A DNA stretch of 64,000 nucleotides from Thermoplasmata archaeon (lineage in GTDB: Archaea; Thermoplasmatota; Thermoplasmata; RBG-16-68-12): positions 2,073 to 66,072 of the forward strand of contig DASQGG010000027.1 of NCBI GenBank assembly GCA_035632695.1, given 5' to 3'. Position 1 is the stretch's first letter, and every line of letters begins with the position of its first letter. Position numbers and translations under genes: made by a program. Below are positions 60,167 to 64,000 of the stretch, piece after piece. Under the pieces are notes generated by a model. It searched no databases. It was not told where the DNA came from and saw only the letters and a program-made list of their open reading frames with translations.

Positions 60167-60276
60167 GGGTGGAGCCGCAAAGGCACGCGACGATAAAAGG
60201 GTGCCCGGTAAACCTCGGGAGACGGCCCTCCCGAAGACGATAGTTTCACCCATCTCCCCGTCTTACCCTCTTATGT

Positions 60277-61254
60277 ATGGTCAAGGATGACAAGCCAGGT
60301 GACAAGGTGGCCACCTCAGTGAAAGCGGTGGAAGACCTCAACGGCGTGGGCCCGGCAACGGCCGAGAAGCTCCGCGAGGCCGGGTACACGGACCTCATGA
60401 GCCTCGCGGTCGCGACCCCGGATTCGGTCGCGGAGGCCACGGAGATCGGAACGAACGTTGCGCAGAAGATCATCGCCGCCGCGCGCGAAGCGGTCGACGT
60501 GGGCGGCTTCGAGACGGGCGACGTCATCCTGGAGCGGCGGAAGAGCGTCGCCAAGCTGACGACCTGCTCGAAGGCCTTCGACGAGCTCCTCGGCGGCGGG
60601 CTCGAGACCCAGGCAATCACGGAGTGCTTCGGCGAGTTCGGCAGCGGGAAGAGCCAGCTGGGCCACCAGCTTGCGGTGAACGTGACCCGCGGCGAGGACG
60701 AGGGTGGCCTGGACGGCGACACGGTCTGGATTGACACGGAGTCCACGTTCCGTCCCGAGCGCATCCGCCAGATGTCTGAGGCGCTCGAACTGGACACCGA
60801 GGCGATCCTGAAGCGCATCCACGTGGCGCGGGCATTCAACAGCCACCACCAGATGCTCCTCATGGAGAAGGCTCACGAGATGACGAAGGACTTCCCCGTC
60901 CGGCTCGTCGTGATCGACTCCCTCACGGCCCATTTCCGCGCGGAGTACATCGGCCGCGGCGTGCTCGCGGAACGCCAGCAGCTCCTGAACAAGCACATCC
61001 ACGAGCTCATGCGCTTCGGGGACGTCCAAAACGCCGCGATCTACGTGACAAACCAGGTGGCGGCGAAGCCGGACGCGTTCTTCGGCGACCCCACGCGACC
61101 CATCGGCGGCCACATCGTCGGGCACAGCGCGACCTTCCGCGTCTACCTGCGCAAGTCCAAGGGCGGCAAGCGCATCGCGCGATTGATCGACTCCCCGAAC
61201 ATGCCCGAGGCCGAGGCGGTCTTCACGGTCTCCGAGGAAGGCATTCGCGACTGA
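60277..61254 (+). CDS. radA: DNA repair and recombination protein RadA
   Basis: HhH N-terminus [41 protein letters not shown]; start may be GTG 60307. Confidence 0.96.
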   Translation: MVKDDKPGDKVATSVKAVEDLNGVGPATAEKLREAGYTDLMSLAVATPDSVAEATEIGTNVAQKIIAAAREAVDVGGFETGDVILERRKSVAKLTTCSKAFDELLGGGLETQAITECFGEFGSGKSQLGHQLAVNVTRGEDEGGLDGDTVWIDTESTFRPERIRQMSEALELDTEAILKRIHVARAFNSHHQMLLMEKAHEMTKDFPVRLVVIDSLTAHFRAEYIGRGVLAERQQLLNKHIHELMRFGDVQNAAIYVTNQVAAKPDAFFGDPTRPIGGHIVGHSATFRVYLRKSKGGKRIARLIDSPNMPEAEAVFTVSEEGIRD

Positions 61255-61315
61255 GGCCCCGCGTGTCACGCCGTGTCGGGACAGGTTGAAGTATCGTCCT
61301 GCCCGTGTACGTCGC

Positions 61316-62401
61316 GTGGACACGGGGCTCCTCCTCATTCCCGGGCCGGTCCCTCTCCATCCCCTCGTGCAGGAGGAACTCGCGAAGCCCGCGCTCCCCC
61401 ACTACGGCGACGCGTGGATCAAGGCGTTCGCCGAGACCCAGGACCTGATGCGATTCCTCTGGGAGGCGCCGAAAGGCCGGGTGTTCCCGATGCTGGGTCC
61501 TGGCCATGTGGCCCTCGAGTCCCTCGCGTTCACGTTTCTCCGGCCCCGGGATCGGGTCATCGTCCTCGACAACGGGTTCTTCGGAGAACGGCTCGCGGAA
61601 GTCCTCGCGACCCACCGCGTCGAGGTGGATGTCGTGCACTCCGCATGGGGCGCGGGCCTCGACCTGGCCCGGCTGAAGACGGCGCTCTCGCGGCCTGCGA
61701 AGGCGGTCGCGTTCATCCACAACGAGACCTCGACGGGTCTGACAAACTCCATGGAGGAGGTCGTCGAACTGGCCCACGCGAAGGACGCGTTCGTCCTCGT
61801 CGATGCGGTGTCCTCTCTCGGCGGCATCCCGTTCGCGGGCGGTCGTCTCCGGATCGATGCCGCGTTCAGCGCGAGCCAGAAGTGCCTTGCCGCGCCCGCG
61901 GGGATCTCCCCGATCCTGGTCGCGTCCTCCCTGTGGGAGGCCACGGATCCCACGACGGTGGAGGGCTGGTACCTGAATCTCTTCACCTGGGACAAGTACC
62001 AGCGCGAGTGGGGCGACTGGCATCCGACACCCACCACGATCTCCTCGAACCTGTTCTACGCGGTCCGCCGCGCCCTGCTCCTGGTGAAGGAGGAGGGGTT
62101 GGAGCCGCGGTTTGGCCGCCATGCCCGCGCCGCCGCGCGCCTCCGAAGCGGCTTGGAGGACCTCGGCTTCGATGCCGTCGCTGCGCCCGAGTTGGCCTCG
62201 AACACGGTGACCTGCATGCGTCCGCCTCCGGGCATCGACGCCGCTGCCCTGGTCCAGGGACTCAGGGAGAAGCACAATATCTTCATCTCCGGAGGGCTCG
62301 GGCCGCTCCGCGGCAAGACGATCCGGATTGGGACCATGGGGACCCAGGCGGAGCCCGAGATTGTCGACCGCCTGGTGGCGGCGATGAAGGCCTTGGTCTG
62401 A
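61316..62401 (+). CDS. Class V PLP aminotransferase (serine-pyruvate/alanine-glyoxylate type)
   Basis: LIPGP, HNETSTG, VDAVSSLGG, ASQKCL, IRIGTMG. Confidence 0.9.
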   Translation: MDTGLLLIPGPVPLHPLVQEELAKPALPHYGDAWIKAFAETQDLMRFLWEAPKGRVFPMLGPGHVALESLAFTFLRPRDRVIVLDNGFFGERLAEVLATHRVEVDVVHSAWGAGLDLARLKTALSRPAKAVAFIHNETSTGLTNSMEEVVELAHAKDAFVLVDAVSSLGGIPFAGGRLRIDAAFSASQKCLAAPAGISPILVASSLWEATDPTTVEGWYLNLFTWDKYQREWGDWHPTPTTISSNLFYAVRRALLLVKEEGLEPRFGRHARAAARLRSGLEDLGFDAVAAPELASNTVTCMRPPPGIDAAALVQGLREKHNIFISGGLGPLRGKTIRIGTMGTQAEPEIVDRLVAAMKALV

Positions 62402-62462
62402 GCTCGGGCCTCCTCGGTGCGGGAGGACAAACGTCATTTCCGGGTCTCGCTTTGGCCGGACC

Positions 62463-62948
62463 ATGTCCGTGAACGTCGCGACGCTGCCGATCACGGTGGG
62501 CGTCGGTGCCATCATGGTCCGCGACGGCGGTCTCCTGGTCGTCAAGCGCACGTACGGGGCGCTGAAGGGGATGTGGACGATCCCATCGGGCTACGTCGAG
62601 CCCCACGAGTCCGTCGTGATGACCCTCGAGCGCGAGGTCAAGGAAGAGACCGCGATCGTAGGGCGCGCGGGACGTCTCCTCGCGGTCCGGAACCGCGTGA
62701 CCGCGGATGTGAACGACACGTTCCTCGTCTTCCGCATGGACTACGCGTCGGGCGAGCCGGTCCCGGATGCCCAGGAGGTCAGCGCCGCGGCCTTCGTCCC
62801 GTTGGACACGCTGCGCTCCTCCGCGGAGTCCGCGCCGTTCACGAAGGCGATGATCGAGAAGGCGTTGTCCGCGCGGGGCATGCATCTGGACTCGTACTTC
62901 CCTCCGGGGCCGCGGAAGCCGGGCGAGTACTACCTCCTCTACCTCTGA
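62463..62948 (+). CDS. NUDIX hydrolase
   Basis: PSGYVEPHE...REVKEET Nudix box. Confidence 0.88.
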   Translation: MSVNVATLPITVGVGAIMVRDGGLLVVKRTYGALKGMWTIPSGYVEPHESVVMTLEREVKEETAIVGRAGRLLAVRNRVTADVNDTFLVFRMDYASGEPVPDAQEVSAAAFVPLDTLRSSAESAPFTKAMIEKALSARGMHLDSYFPPGPRKPGEYYLLYL

Positions 62949-62976
62949 GCGCGAAAGGCCTTATCCCCCGCGGACC

Positions 62977-63609
62977 TTGGGGCGGCCCGTGTCCGCGACC
63001 ATTCCCGCGGTCTGCATCGGGACAAAGTACGTGCTCGACGCGTCCGCGATCGACCGTATCCGCTCCTGCCTGCGCGGCGGCGGGCTGGTCGTCCATCCCA
63101 CGGACACCGTGTACGGCCTCGCCGCGGACCCGTTCCAGACGAAGGCCGTCGATCGACTCTATGCCGCGAAGGCACGCCCGAGGGAGCTGGCGGTCTCCAT
63201 GGCCGTGGCCGACGTCGAGGACATCTTCCGCTTCGGGATGCGCACACCCTTGGCGGAGAATTTCTGCCGCAAGAACCTGCCCGGGCCGTTTACCGTGGTC
63301 CTGAGGGCGACGCGAGAGGCGCCCGCGGCGCTCGTCAACCCGCAGGGTCTGATCGGCCTCCGCATCCCGGATCATCCCATCCCGAGGCTCCTCGCGAGGT
63401 CCTGCGGTCCCATCACGACGACGAGTGCGAACCGGCATGGGCAACCCTCGCCGACCACGTGCGACGAGGCGAAGGCCGAGCTGGGAGACGCCGTGGACCT
63501 CTACATCGACGCGGGGCCTGCGCCTCTCGGCGCGGAGTCCAGCGTGGTGGACCTGTCGGGTCCGAAGGCAAAGGTCCTTAGACAGGGCGCCCTTCCAACG
63601 AGGGCGTGA
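62977..63609 (+). CDS. tsaC: L-threonylcarbamoyladenylate synthase (TsaC/Sua5 YrdC domain)
   Basis: PTDTVYGL, KARP, LPGPFT, GLRIP, TTSANRHG; start may be 62989. Confidence 0.92.
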   Translation: MGRPVSATIPAVCIGTKYVLDASAIDRIRSCLRGGGLVVHPTDTVYGLAADPFQTKAVDRLYAAKARPRELAVSMAVADVEDIFRFGMRTPLAENFCRKNLPGPFTVVLRATREAPAALVNPQGLIGLRIPDHPIPRLLARSCGPITTTSANRHGQPSPTTCDEAKAELGDAVDLYIDAGPAPLGAESSVVDLSGPKAKVLRQGALPTRA

Positions 63610-63611
63610 GC

Positions 63612-64000
63612 ATGGACCCCGGCGTGCGAGCCGCGCTCCTTGAGGCGGGACGCGTCTCCAAGGAGGCCAAGGAGCGCGCCGCGGAGCTCGTCGCGGACGG
63701 CGTCCTCCTGCTCGACGTCGCGGAAGAGGTCGAGGGCCTCATGCGGAAGCGGGGTCTGCGTCCGTCCTTCCCCACCTGCATCTCGATCGACGACATCGCG
63801 GCCCACTACTCCCCGACCCACGACGACCGCCTGCGCTTCCAGCACGGGAACGTGGTCAAGCTGGATCTGGGCGCGCAGAAGGACGGATGGATCGCGGACA
63901 CCGCGGTGACCGTCGAGGTCGGCACGCGCAACTGGTCACGGCTCATCCAGGCCTCCGAACTCGCGTTGCAGACCGCCATCGAGGCCGTTCACCCGGGCGT
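63612..64000 (+). CDS. map: Type II methionine aminopeptidase (3' truncated by window edge)
   Basis: Read manually: SFPTCISIDDIAAHYSP, VKLDLGA, DGWIADTAVT. Confidence 0.9.
   Translation, partial: MDPGVRAALLEAGRVSKEAKERAAELVADGVLLLDVAEEVEGLMRKRGLRPSFPTCISIDDIAAHYSPTHDDRLRFQHGNVVKLDLGAQKDGWIADTAVTVEVGTRNWSRLIQASELALQTAIEAVHPG

Noticed and set aside
60240..60250. AGTTTCAC upstream of radA as a DNA-damage box
   Set aside because: Too short to distinguish from chance

Overview
High-GC archaeal chromosomal window. radA, dph5, trmY, a Trm5-like methyltransferase, pdaD, a type II MetAP, archaeal-type asnS, a DUF835 domain and short TATA-like boxes just upstream of many start codons point to a Thermoplasmatota-like organism (inference). 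About 70 CDSs and one tRNA-Arg(UCG) are supported; no CRISPR array, rRNA or intact mobile element was seen. Housekeeping content covers ETF/beta-oxidation, tRNA modification and DNA repair (Nth, Ogg, MutY, a 1803-aa Lhr, RadA). Most notable: (i) a nickel/oxidative-stress locus at 14.2-21 kb with nikR, a NiCoT permease carrying a NikR-type operator, katG behind a Fur/PerR-like box, an FNR-like oxidoreductase and a complete sodN-sodX nickel-SOD pair; (ii) a leuC-leuD-citrate synthase-IDH cluster in which the LeuCD-type dimer probably acts as aconitase; (iii) a tRNA-adjacent fusion protein (DUF6569-like/RHH-like/TPR/DUF835); (iv) three gene remnants absent from the ORF track (aquaporin, winged helix, Pat/ArsN1-type GNAT); (v) an MFS gene whose apparent start codon is ACG. 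All family calls come from motif recognition by eye; no database searches were run.
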